A stretch of 64,000 nucleotides of DNA from Gammaproteobacteria bacterium (GTDB taxonomy: Bacteria; Pseudomonadota; Gammaproteobacteria; GCA-001735895), in contig JBNKUM010000024.1 of assembly GCA_050298595.1 (NCBI GenBank), positions 32,001 through 96,000 of the forward strand, in the 5' to 3' direction. Each line of letters opens with the position of its first letter. Within the stretch, counting starts at the first letter, position 1. The position numbers and the translations under genes were made by a program. Below, piece after piece: positions 1 through 9,821 of the stretch. The notes beneath the pieces were generated by a model that saw nothing but the letters and a program-made list of their open reading frames with translations, did no database searches and was not told where the DNA came from.

Positions 1-1408
1 AGATTTCCAGGCGCCCCAGCAACATGGCAAGGCATAGCAGCCACTTGGCAAAATCATTGATGGATGCGAAGTTTTGCCCAACCTCATCCAGCCCTGGTCC
101 CAGATTATTCAGACAGGCCGCTACTGCAGAGAAAGCAGTATCCTGATTCAGTCCAGACGCCATCAGCAGCAATATCATCAGGGCAGATATAGCAAAATAA
201 GCCGCAAAGAACCCCCAGACGGCTTCAATGACATTATCCGGCACCGGTTTGCGACCTATTTTTACTGCAAACTGGGCTGAGGGATGGACTAGTCGCTGAA
301 GTTCACGTGCGCCCTGTTTGACCAGCAACAGGATTCGTATCACCTTAATGCCACCACCCGTCGAACCGGCACAGCCCCCCATATAGCTCACATACAATAA
401 TAAAACCGGCAGGAAGCCCGGCCAGCTGTAATATTCCTGTGTCGTAAATCCAGTAGTAGTACCAATCGATACCACCTGAAATAGCCCTTCGATCATACTG
501 TCCAGCGGGGAGTCAAAGGTCTTTGTAATCAATAAATATGGAATAGTAACCAGGCTGACCACCAGTAAAACCATGATATAGGTTCTAAACTCGGCATCTT
601 TTAGATAAGGAGTCAATCTGCGTTGGCGTACCGAGCTAAAATGCAGCGCAAAGTTCACACCTGAAAGCAGCATAAAAACAATGGCGATGAGTTCAATACC
701 TCTATTATTGAAATACCCCATGCTAGCATCGTGAGTAGAGAACCCACCGATAGCCACGGTAGAAAATGCATGCGAAATCGCATCGAAAGTATTCATGCCT
801 GCAAGCCAGTAGGCAATACCACAGGTAACGGTGAGGGTCAGGTAGATATACCACAGTGCTTTTGCTGTTTCGGTGATGCGAGGTGTTAATTTTGTATCCT
901 TCACTGGCCCAGGGGTTTCAGCACGGTATAGCTGCATGCCACCAATACCCAGCATAGGCAGTACTGCAACCGCCAGTACGATAATACCCATACCCCCCAT
1001 CCATTGAAGCTGCTGACGATAAAAAAGAATAGCGTGTGGCAGGTCATCGATGCCTACAATAACCGTTGCACCGGTTGTTGTCAGGCCTGAGATAGCTTCA
1101 AACACTGAATCGGTAATCGAAATATCATGCATACCAGATAGATACAGAGGTAGACCACCTGCGCTTCCCAGCACAAACCAGAACATGACAACCACCATAA
1201 ATCCATCGCGCAGGCGTAACTCTTTTTTATGCTTAATCAGTGGCAAAAATAACATCAGCCCACCAACCAGTATGATCAGGAACGATTCTAGAAAAGGGAT
1301 AGCGCTACCTTCCTGATAGATCAAATCGACCAGAACCGGTGGTAGCATGTTGGCACTAAAAACAACTAATAGCAGACCTAGAATTCTGATAATGACTAGA
1401 TATTGCAT
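1..1408 (-). CDS. trkH: Trk potassium uptake membrane protein (3' end outside window)
   Basis: Not in the ORF track. ATG at 1408 on the minus strand reads MQYLVIIRILGLLLVVFSANMLPP. Downstream are TrkH pore motifs (SGLTTTGAT, QWMGGMGII, STVAIGGFS, GGCAGSTGGGIKV). Lies directly after trkA. Confidence 0.93.
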   Translation of the reverse strand, partial: MQYLVIIRILGLLLVVFSANMLPPVLVDLIYQEGSAIPFLESFLIILVGGLMLFLPLIKHKKELRLRDGFMVVVMFWFVLGSAGGLPLYLSGMHDISITDSVFEAISGLTTTGATVIVGIDDLPHAILFYRQQLQWMGGMGIIVLAVAVLPMLGIGGMQLYRAETPGPVKDTKLTPRITETAKALWYIYLTLTVTCGIAYWLAGMNTFDAISHAFSTVAIGGFSTHDASMGYFNNRGIELIAIVFMLLSGVNFALHFSSVRQRRLTPYLKDAEFRTYIMVLLVVSLVTIPYLLITKTFDSPLDSMIEGLFQVVSIGTTTGFTTQEYYSWPGFLPVLLLYVSYMGGCAGSTGGGIKVIRILLLVKQGARELQRLVHPSAQFAVKIGRKPVPDNVIEAVWGFFAAYFAISALMILLLMASGLNQDTAFSAVAACLNNLGPGLDEVGQNFASINDFAKWLLCLAMLLGRLEI

Positions 1409-1411
1409 GCT

Positions 1412-2788
1412 TCAGATATAGGTTATTGCGACCTGGAACAGTTTTTCCACATCGACAATGTCCCGTTTATCGGTCAGAAAAAGGATGACATGATCTTCAG
1501 ATTCTACAATCGTATCGTGATGGGCAATCATTACCTCTTCTCCACGTACTATCGCACCAATAGAGGTTCCCCTGGGTAGTTTCAGGTCGACAATACGTCT
1601 TCCTACTACCTTGGATGATTTTTCATCACCATGTGCGATTGCCTCAATTGCTTCGGCAGAGCCTCGGCGCAGAGCGTGCACGGCAACGACATCGCCTCTA
1701 CGTATATGTGCCAGCATTGCACCAATCGTTACCTGATGGGGTGACAGGGCAATGTCGATCATGCCGCTTTCTACCAGGTCTACATAAGCGGGCCGGTTGA
1801 TCAGAGACATCACTTTTCTGGCACCCAGACGCTTTGCCAGCATGGCAGATAAAATATTGGCTTCGTCATCATTTGTTAGCGCACAGAACACATCCATAGA
1901 CTCGATATTTTCTTCTAGCAAAAGATCTGGATTAGCCGCGTCACCATATAAAACAATACTTGAGTTCAGATCACCAGCTAGCTGGTTTGCTTTCTGCTTG
2001 TCTCTTTCAATAATCTTAACCTGATAATGCTTTTCCAGGCTTAAAGCCAGCTGACTGCCGATATTACCACCACCAGCCAGCATCACACGCTTTACAGGCT
2101 TTTCAAGTTTACGCATTTCGGCGATCACTAGAGGAATATGCTTTCTGGCGGCCAGGAAAAACACTTCATCATCAGCTTCAATAACCCTGTCTGCTGTCGG
2201 TGCGATAGATTTACCATTTCTGAATATGGCTGCAACCCGTACATCTACACCGGGAATATGTTTGCGTATCGTTTGTAACTCTTGCCCAATCAATGGGCCT
2301 CCGTAATACGCTTTTACCGCTACCAGTTGCACCTTACCGTCAGCGAAATCAAGTACCTGCAACGCACTTGGATGCTCGATAAGGTGATGGATATATTCAG
2401 TAACCAGGTTTTCTGGACTAATGCTGACATCTACGGGAATTGCATCGGGACTGAAAAGCTGCTGATGCTGCATGTACTCCTGTGAACGGATACGCGCAAT
2501 CTTTGTTGGGGTGCGGAACAGGGTGGAAGCGATCTGACAGGCCACCATATTGATTTCATCGCTATTGGTTAATGCGATCAACATATCGGCATCATCCGCA
2601 CCTGCACGCTTTAGCACACTGGGATAGGAGCCATTACCACAAATGGTGCGCAAGTCGAGTCTATCCTGTAGTTCAGATAGTATGCCCTGCTCCACATCAA
2701 TGACGGTGATTTCGTTGCTATCTTCTTTTGCCAGCTCAGTGGCTACTGAAGATCCGACCTGACCAGCACCGAGAATAATAATATTCAT
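1412..2788 (-). CDS. trkA: Trk system NAD-binding regulatory subunit
   Basis: 458 aa with two RCK/Rossmann motifs (GAGQVG, GGGNIG); adjacent to trkH. Confidence 0.96.
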   Translation of the reverse strand: MNIIILGAGQVGSSVATELAKEDSNEITVIDVEQGILSELQDRLDLRTICGNGSYPSVLKRAGADDADMLIALTNSDEINMVACQIASTLFRTPTKIARIRSQEYMQHQQLFSPDAIPVDVSISPENLVTEYIHHLIEHPSALQVLDFADGKVQLVAVKAYYGGPLIGQELQTIRKHIPGVDVRVAAIFRNGKSIAPTADRVIEADDEVFFLAARKHIPLVIAEMRKLEKPVKRVMLAGGGNIGSQLALSLEKHYQVKIIERDKQKANQLAGDLNSSIVLYGDAANPDLLLEENIESMDVFCALTNDDEANILSAMLAKRLGARKVMSLINRPAYVDLVESGMIDIALSPHQVTIGAMLAHIRRGDVVAVHALRRGSAEAIEAIAHGDEKSSKVVGRRIVDLKLPRGTSIGAIVRGEEVMIAHHDTIVESEDHVILFLTDKRDIVDVEKLFQVAITYI

Positions 2789-2877
2789 CGTTATTAACTA
2801 CTTATTTTTCATTTTATTAGGTTGAACAGAAATGGGTATACCACAGGCAGTATATATCCAATCGTTCCTGCAATTGA

Positions 2878-4158
2878 TTATTTTCTATTATGCAGACCCA
2901 GGGCCTTAAGTTTTCGGTATAGATTGGTGCGTTCCAGGCCTATTTTTCGGGCCAGATCTGAAACATTATTGTGGCAGATCTCTAATTGCTGCCTGAGATA
3001 TTCACGTTCAAAAAATTCTCGTGCTTCGCGCATATCCAGATTTAAATCAATATGCAAATTTAGCTGGTTGTCACTCACACTGGAGGCACTGGATTGAACA
3101 TTCATCAGCAGTGCCTGTATCTCATCCAGCTCTATGTTATCCGCATCGCTATTGGATAATAACTGTTTTATTAAAGACTTCAGTTCAGCCAATCCACCGT
3201 TCCAACGGTGGTTACGAATCATATTCTGCGCAGCCACCCCAAAATGTCGATAGGGTAAGCCTTCTAGCTCCGCATACCAGTTGACATAATATTCAAGCAA
3301 TTCAGGAATATCCTCGATACGTTCATCCAGCTCAGGAATATAAACAGCATTACGCCAGTATTCAGCCAGCTCAGGGATAATCTCAGATTTTTCGCGCAAC
3401 TGCTCATAACTATACTGACTCGAAACGACCAGACGTCCATTGGAGGGTGACGTAGCAAGGCGCTGCAATAGCGATAGTAGGACTTGCTGAGCATGCCGAT
3501 TTAGATCACTGACTTCATGGATGAATATATTCCCGGTCAAACCATTTTTATAGAATTCATCATCCGCCTGGAACGATTGAACCGGATAGACCGGTTGACG
3601 CAAATGAAAAAGATAATCAACCCAGATACTGACTCCTGACCCCATCAGGCCCGTGATAAATACCGCTTGATTATGCAGCGCCAGCTCCTGCATGGTCAGG
3701 CGTAACTGCTGCATTTTATGGCTATTACCTACCGGTTGTTCGCGCCTTAAAGCTTTTACGGTAGAAGAACCCTGCTGGCTCTGTAAGGCAGATTTTACCG
3801 TACGCAACAGTTTCGCCATAGAGAGCGGCTTCTCGACAAAATCAAAAGCACCATAGCGCGTTGCTTCAACCGCAGTTTCCACCGTACCATGACCTGACAT
3901 CATCACGACTGGCCCAGTCAATTCTTTCTTCTCGTTCCACAGCTTAAGTAAGCTAACACCATCCATTTCGGGCATCCATATATCCAGCAAAACCAGGTCA
4001 GGGTTAAACACAGGCTTTCGATCTATCGCCCGTTGGGCATGCTCAGCCACTTCCACCTCATAACCTTCATCCTCCAGGATGTCTTTTAACAATTCCCTGA
4101 TATCAGGTTCATCATCTACTACCAGAATTTTACTTTGTATCGACATATTGTTAGCCAT
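2878..4158 (-). CDS. ntrX: NtrX-like response regulator (REC, degenerate AAA+, Fis HTH)
   Basis: REC motifs (VVDDE, LLDIWMP, SGHG, EKP) and C-terminal HTH (GLERTNLYRKLK); downstream of an NtrY-like kinase. Confidence 0.85.
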   Translation of the reverse strand: MANNMSIQSKILVVDDEPDIRELLKDILEDEGYEVEVAEHAQRAIDRKPVFNPDLVLLDIWMPEMDGVSLLKLWNEKKELTGPVVMMSGHGTVETAVEATRYGAFDFVEKPLSMAKLLRTVKSALQSQQGSSTVKALRREQPVGNSHKMQQLRLTMQELALHNQAVFITGLMGSGVSIWVDYLFHLRQPVYPVQSFQADDEFYKNGLTGNIFIHEVSDLNRHAQQVLLSLLQRLATSPSNGRLVVSSQYSYEQLREKSEIIPELAEYWRNAVYIPELDERIEDIPELLEYYVNWYAELEGLPYRHFGVAAQNMIRNHRWNGGLAELKSLIKQLLSNSDADNIELDEIQALLMNVQSSASSVSDNQLNLHIDLNLDMREAREFFEREYLRQQLEICHNNVSDLARKIGLERTNLYRKLKALGLHNRK

Positions 4159-4163
4159 TTACA

Positions 4164-6314
4164 TTAACTTACCATCTCTGCCGGTAAGCGTAGAATAACC
4201 TCAGCGCCAGCCTGTTTACTATTTTGCGCCAACACCATACCGCCGTGCTCTTCGACAATTTTTTTGACTATAGCCAGACCCAGCCCGCTACCACTGGTTT
4301 TAGTTGTGACATAGGGCTCGAACAGGGTATCCAGTATCTCTTCATCAACGCCTTCTCCACTATCCAGCACCGAAAACTCCACATATTCGCAGCCATATTC
4401 CTGCATGCAGCGTGTTTGCAGCTTGATCCAGCCTTTTTTACCTACTGCTTCCAGTGCATTCTTCACCAGATTGTGGATCAGCTGCCGCACCCTTACCGTA
4501 TCTGCATAAATTTGCGGGATGGCATCATCAAGCTCCAACTGGATATCAACCTTTCGATGGGTGTCGCGATACAGCTCAAGAACCTCCTTCAGAATCTGGT
4601 TTAGATCGATTTGTTCGGGATTTTTATCCGCGGTACTCGCATAATCGGTGAAGGTATTTACCATAGATTTCATCGCTTCAACCTGCTGCACAATGGTATG
4701 GGTGTAGCGATCCAGCATCTGCTGACGCTCTTCATCCACCTGCCCCGCCAGCTTTCGCTGAAGACGCTCTGCTGATAGCTGAATGGGTGTCAATGGGTTC
4801 TTGATTTCATGAGCCAGACGTCTGGCCATTTCACTCCAGGCAGAGTTTTTCTGGGCCTGTATCAGCTCGGTTAAATCATCAATTACAACAACCTGCTCAC
4901 CCATTTCGTTGACGCGCTGTTCCAGCTGGGTACCCTGCAGGCGCAAAATTTTTCGCCCGCTCTTACCATACACGATGATCTCTTCTTTCCAGTCCTGCTG
5001 CAGTTTTATGTTGCGTTTTACCACCTCAAAAAAAGGTTTTAACTGTGGGTATTTGATCAAAATCTGAGTAATAGTCTGATCAGAAAAGCAGCCTGATTCC
5101 AGGCCAAATATAGCTTCAACCCCTCGATTTCCCCGCTTGATAAGCCCCACTTCATTGATCGTCAATACACCCGAGTTGATATGTTCCAGCACCGATTGCA
5201 GATAATTTTTCTGTAACGCTTCCATCAACTGACTCTGATCAGCTATCGCACGTGCACGAGAAAGTTTGCGCGTCATAGTATTGAAAGAACGCGTCAGAAA
5301 ACTAAGCTCGTCGTCGCCGGAAACCTGTAACTGTTTTTCATAGTCTCCCGCAGCTACCGCCTGCGTACCCTCAACCAGATTATTGATAGGCGAAACCAGC
5401 CGACGTGCGGAGAGAAATGCGACGTAAATCGCCGATAGCACGCTTAACAACCAGACCAGAGACAGCGCCAGAGTAAAACTGGTTTTCAATGGGTCGCGCA
5501 AAACAGCCAACTCCCGATAACGTTCGTAGGCCTGCTGCACACCCTGCGTTAACTCATTCACCTGATCGGTCACCGGAAACAGGGCCTGCAAGGTTTTATC
5601 CTGCTCGGTTGCCAGTAAGCCGCGTACTGGTACCACCACCCGTATCTGTATACCACTACCTTCATTATCTTCCAGCTTCAGGTAATGATCATTCTGCCCC
5701 AGGTTACCAAAAGCCGTTTTTGCTAAGGTTTCAGGTAGCTCAGAAGAGTTTTCACTACTCGATACCAGAATTTCACCATTCCGCCCGACCATGGTTAATT
5801 CGCTGGCATTTTGCTGATTTCGCGCATCGTTGAGATAGATAACTCTCAGCTCTTCTGGAATAGTTGGAATTTCATTCGCTATCTGCTGGGTTTTCTTCAA
5901 CGCTTCGCGTTTACGTAAATCGATAGCACTACGCCCAAGCTGAAGAGAATCTTCCAGTGCCTGCTCAACCCCAACGTCAAACCAGCTGTCGATACTTCGA
6001 TGCAGGAAAGTGAGGGAAAAATAATAAACGATACTGACGGGAATAATGGTGAGCATGACAAAAGCGCCTATCATACGTGTAGTTAACCTTGAACCTACCG
6101 CTTTAAGACGGTACTGCACAATCAGTTTATAGACGTTGTATACGATCAGCCCAATCAGGGTAATCAAACCCAGAGCATTAAAAAATACCAATAGATTGTA
6201 ATATTTGCCGAAAGAAGCCGAGTTGGATGTAGCGTCACTGATTGAATATAGAGATACAAACAATAGAATGAGTAAAGCCATGAACGGCATGTAATTCTTC
6301 AACATGCGATTCAT
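4164..6314 (-). CDS. ntrY: NtrY-like sensor histidine kinase (TM, HAMP, PAS, HisKA, HATPase)
   Basis: H-box AWSEMARRLAHEIKNPLTPIQLSAERL and G-box GSGLGL; conserved rsmB-DUF4390-ntrY-ntrX synteny. Confidence 0.88.
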   Translation of the reverse strand: MNRMLKNYMPFMALLILLFVSLYSISDATSNSASFGKYYNLLVFFNALGLITLIGLIVYNVYKLIVQYRLKAVGSRLTTRMIGAFVMLTIIPVSIVYYFSLTFLHRSIDSWFDVGVEQALEDSLQLGRSAIDLRKREALKKTQQIANEIPTIPEELRVIYLNDARNQQNASELTMVGRNGEILVSSSENSSELPETLAKTAFGNLGQNDHYLKLEDNEGSGIQIRVVVPVRGLLATEQDKTLQALFPVTDQVNELTQGVQQAYERYRELAVLRDPLKTSFTLALSLVWLLSVLSAIYVAFLSARRLVSPINNLVEGTQAVAAGDYEKQLQVSGDDELSFLTRSFNTMTRKLSRARAIADQSQLMEALQKNYLQSVLEHINSGVLTINEVGLIKRGNRGVEAIFGLESGCFSDQTITQILIKYPQLKPFFEVVKRNIKLQQDWKEEIIVYGKSGRKILRLQGTQLEQRVNEMGEQVVVIDDLTELIQAQKNSAWSEMARRLAHEIKNPLTPIQLSAERLQRKLAGQVDEERQQMLDRYTHTIVQQVEAMKSMVNTFTDYASTADKNPEQIDLNQILKEVLELYRDTHRKVDIQLELDDAIPQIYADTVRVRQLIHNLVKNALEAVGKKGWIKLQTRCMQEYGCEYVEFSVLDSGEGVDEEILDTLFEPYVTTKTSGSGLGLAIVKKIVEEHGGMVLAQNSKQAGAEVILRLPAEMVS

Positions 6315-6883
6315 TGAGTGATCTCCAATTCATACCACTCACTGCTCAAATCCCAGTTATTTTCCCACAACGAGGAAGATTTTAAAGGTACCGGTAGCGC
6401 TGACTGATCCACTCCAATACGCAGTCGTGCCAAGTATGATTCATCCTCCTTAAGATTGCTTTTATCCAGCATTGGAAGGTCAAGAATCACGGCTAATTGC
6501 TGTACAGCTTCGTTTATTGAAGAAAAATATTGTCGCCTGCCTGAATTCACATCAAACACCGAAACAGCATCAAGTAATGGATGATTATTTATCTGATATT
6601 GCTGTTTGATATTTACAATCTGCTCATTAAACCAGAAGCTTTTATGACGATAAAACTCTATTTCAATCACTAGTGGTAAATTAAAACCCTGATCTATTGC
6701 AGTGGTTATATAAACCGGTAAATGAATATCAAAAACAGCATTTAAAAAAACCACATCACCTTTTAAATGCATATTGGCGGATTTCACTATAAACGGGTCA
6801 GCAGCCTGAGCCGCAACAGAACAAGGCTGTACTAAAAGCACCAGGCTAACGACCCAGGCCAGTATTAGCCTTTTCAACAACAT
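6311..6883 (-). CDS. DUF4390 family exported protein
   Basis: Signal peptide; C-terminal LPVPL...W.L.SEW pattern; typical position between rsmB and ntrY. Confidence 0.8.
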   Translation of the reverse strand: MLLKRLILAWVVSLVLLVQPCSVAAQAADPFIVKSANMHLKGDVVFLNAVFDIHLPVYITTAIDQGFNLPLVIEIEFYRHKSFWFNEQIVNIKQQYQINNHPLLDAVSVFDVNSGRRQYFSSINEAVQQLAVILDLPMLDKSNLKEDESYLARLRIGVDQSALPVPLKSSSLWENNWDLSSEWYELEITQ

Positions 6884-6890
6884 CTAAATA

Positions 6891-8240
6891 TCAGCCTCTT
6901 TTCTCAAGTAACGCATAATAAAATCCATCCATATCATTAAATCCGGGTAAAATCTGACGCCCATATAGACGTTGAATGCCCCATTGTACAGAGTTTAAAG
7001 GTAGTTCAACACAGCCAACTTTTTGATCACAAAAATCTGCAATCTGTAATTCATTCTCGGCTTGAAATATCGAACAGGTACTATAAAGCATACGCCCTCC
7101 TTTTTTCAGCAAGGGCCATAGCGCATCTAACAACTTCTTCTGCTGCCTGACCAGTTGCGGTATATCTTCAGGTTTACGCAGAATACGAATATCCGGATGA
7201 CGCCGGATAATACCGCTGGCAGAACAGGGTGCATCGAGCAGAATACGATCAAATTGAATGCCATCAAACCAGCTTTCTGGTACAGCAGCATCAGCATGGA
7301 TTAGTTTCGCTGCAAGATTGGCACGCTGGATATTCTGATCAACTCGTCGTAAACGCTGTTCATCTTTATCCAGAGCAAACACTTCTAGCCCATCAGCAGA
7401 TTGCAATATATGTAGCGTCTTGCCGCCCGGCGCAGCACAGGCATCCAGTACTCGCATTGCTGGTTGACAATCCAGTAAGGATGCTGCGACCTGGGCGGAG
7501 GAATCCTGCACACTAACCAGACCATCATCGAAACCGGGGATCTTGTCAACCGGCAAAGCCTGCTGAAGAATAATCGCAGTAGGTATCAATTCATGAGCAA
7601 CAGCCTCCAGTTGCTGAGCTTGCAGCATTTGAAGGTATGCATCACGAGAAACCTGCCTGGTATCTACTCTAAGCACCATTGGAGGAGATTGATTAGCCGC
7701 TTGCATCAGAGTCGGTGAGTCAGAACCCCAGTCAGCCTTAAACTGATCTTGCATCCACTGCGGGTAGGCAAGTGCATGCTCATGAGCCCTTAGTTTTGCT
7801 CGATTTGACGGGTCTTCGGAGCTATGCGCACGCAGATAATTACGTAAAACCGCATTGACTAAACCCCTTGCCCATTTTTTTCTTTGATATTCAACCAGGT
7901 TGACTGTTTCATTGACTGCGGCATGATCATCGGTACGCATAAACCGAATTTGATACAACCCAAGTAACAGGATGATCTGGATATCGAAATCCTTGCCTTT
8001 TAAGGGTTTCTTTAACAGGGGCTTCAGTTCAGCTGAGAGCAAAAAGTAATATCGACAGAAGCCATAACACAGCTCACTGCATAGCCCCTGATCACGACTA
8101 TAATCGAGATTGCTTAACTGTTTTTCTAACTGGGAACTGAGGGATTGCCCTTTCACCACTACCGACAGGCAAATCTTGAGCGCGAGCTGACGAGCATTTT
8201 GCTTTTTATTCTGTAAACTATTCTGCAAAACTTTGATCAC
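6891..8240 (-). CDS. rsmB: 16S rRNA m5C967 methyltransferase
   Basis: NusB-like N-terminus, DACAAPGGKT, DAPCSASG, YSTCS; follows fmt. Exact start uncertain. Confidence 0.95.
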   Translation of the reverse strand: MIKVLQNSLQNKKQNARQLALKICLSVVVKGQSLSSQLEKQLSNLDYSRDQGLCSELCYGFCRYYFLLSAELKPLLKKPLKGKDFDIQIILLLGLYQIRFMRTDDHAAVNETVNLVEYQRKKWARGLVNAVLRNYLRAHSSEDPSNRAKLRAHEHALAYPQWMQDQFKADWGSDSPTLMQAANQSPPMVLRVDTRQVSRDAYLQMLQAQQLEAVAHELIPTAIILQQALPVDKIPGFDDGLVSVQDSSAQVAASLLDCQPAMRVLDACAAPGGKTLHILQSADGLEVFALDKDEQRLRRVDQNIQRANLAAKLIHADAAVPESWFDGIQFDRILLDAPCSASGIIRRHPDIRILRKPEDIPQLVRQQKKLLDALWPLLKKGGRMLYSTCSIFQAENELQIADFCDQKVGCVELPLNSVQWGIQRLYGRQILPGFNDMDGFYYALLEKRG

Positions 8241-9147
8241 TCAAATTTCGTGCATTCAATACCTGGTCCGCCATCTGCCTCTTTTTACCTGCAAACTGTA
8301 GCTCTTTGATTTGCAACACACCTTCACCACAGCTTACTTTTATACCCAGCCGGTCATGCTGGATCACCCTGCCAGGAATCTCTTCAGAGTTTTCATTACA
8401 CGCTATTGCAGACCATATTTTGACTGGCTGGTTGTTGAAAGTGGTAAAACTCACTGGCCAGGGGTTAAATGCTCGAATCTGCCTTGCCAGTGCGAATGCA
8501 GATAACCTCCAGTCTATTGCAGCTTCCTGCTTAGTCAATTTGTCTGCATAGGTCGCCAATGCATCATCTTGTGTTTCAGCTTGAATAGATTGATTCTCTA
8601 GCGCGTCAAGATGTGCCTTAAGAAGCTTAGCGCCCATGACCATAAGTTGATCGTGTAGTTCTGCCGCAGTGCTTTGATCAGTGATAGTCAGCCTTGACTT
8701 CGCCAGCATAGCGCCAGTATCCAGTCCAACATCCATTTGCATCAATGTAATCCCGGTTTCACTATCACCAGCCAGTATTGCTCGCTGAATCGGTGCAGCG
8801 CCCCGCCAGCGCGGTAATAAAGAAGCATGGATATTGACGCAGCCGAGCCTGGGGGCATCTAGTACCTGTTGTGGCAATATCAACCCATATGCCGCAACAA
8901 CCATCAAGTCAGCCTGATAATCGACCAATTTTTGAATGGCTTCCTGGTTACGTAATGAAACTGGTTGCTCTACAGTTAACCCGAAACCTTCGGCGCAAAG
9001 TTTGACTGGACTTGCCTGTAAGTTTCGACCGCGCCCTGCAGGCCTGTCTGGTTGAGTATATACAGCCACCACCTGATGGCTAGACAGCGCGAGCATCTCC
9101 AGCGCAGGAACTGCAAATTCCGGCGTACCGGCATATATTATCTTCAT
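8218..9147 (-). CDS. fmt: Methionyl-tRNA formyltransferase
   Basis: YAGTPEFA, TQPDRPAGRG, NIHASLLPRWRGAAPIQRAI. Confidence 0.97.
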   Translation of the reverse strand: MKIIYAGTPEFAVPALEMLALSSHQVVAVYTQPDRPAGRGRNLQASPVKLCAEGFGLTVEQPVSLRNQEAIQKLVDYQADLMVVAAYGLILPQQVLDAPRLGCVNIHASLLPRWRGAAPIQRAILAGDSETGITLMQMDVGLDTGAMLAKSRLTITDQSTAAELHDQLMVMGAKLLKAHLDALENQSIQAETQDDALATYADKLTKQEAAIDWRLSAFALARQIRAFNPWPVSFTTFNNQPVKIWSAIACNENSEEIPGRVIQHDRLGIKVSCGEGVLQIKELQFAGKKRQMADQVLNARNLSDQSFAE

Positions 9148-9176
9148 TGTCAGGTTATCCTGAATAAGAGGTTATT

Positions 9177-9683
9177 TCAGGAGGCTTCCTGTTTCTTTTG
9201 TTTTTCCAGCTTCTTACGTATGCGATCACGCTTAAGTGCAGAGATGTAATCGACGAAGAGCTTCCCCTCCAGATGATCAATTTCATGCTGAATACAGACA
9301 GCTTCCAGGCCATCTGCAGTTAATTCAAAAAACTTACCATCAGCATCCTGAGCACGAACAGATATTTTCTCAGCCCGTCTTACAGTTTCATAATAACCGG
9401 GTACCGACAGACAGCCCTCATCCATTTCCTCTTCCCCTTCAGACTTAAGGATTTCCGGGTTAATCAATACCTTAGGTTCATTCTTCCCTTCAGACACATC
9501 CATAACCAGAAGACGTTTATGAACATTGACCTGGGTAGAAGCTAATCCGATTCCGGGAGCTTCATACATGGTGTCAAACATGTCACTGATCAGTGTTTTC
9601 AAGTTACTATCAAATTTAGTAACCGCTTTAGCTTTAGTACGCAAGCGGGGATCTGGATAATGTAAAATATTTAATAATGCCAT
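9177..9683 (-). CDS. def: Peptide deformylase
   Basis: GIGLA, EGCLS and QHEIDHL motifs. Confidence 0.97.
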   Translation of the reverse strand: MALLNILHYPDPRLRTKAKAVTKFDSNLKTLISDMFDTMYEAPGIGLASTQVNVHKRLLVMDVSEGKNEPKVLINPEILKSEGEEEMDEGCLSVPGYYETVRRAEKISVRAQDADGKFFELTADGLEAVCIQHEIDHLEGKLFVDYISALKRDRIRKKLEKQKKQEAS

Positions 9684-9759
9684 AATTTAAACTTCGAGAA
9701 CATTTACAAGTTTTAGCTCCAAGTTTATGATTATAATAGAATCTTAACCATAAAAAAGG

Positions 9760-9786
9760 TTGTAGTTAGAGAGAATTCAACTACAA
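9760..9786. promoter_or_regulatory. Inverted repeat in the def / LysM-gene divergent intergenic region
   Basis: TTGTAGTT-N11-AACTACAA with perfect 8-bp arms. Confidence 0.45.
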
Positions 9787-9821
9787 TCGCCCAATATAAA
9801 TTCACCACCTTAGGGGTTTCT

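Noticed and set aside
74-1316. Plus-strand ORFs 74..280 and 1050..1316, and the many other short ORFs nested within long genes
   Set aside because: They are antisense or out-of-frame shadows of well-supported genes (here trkH) with no motifs of their own.
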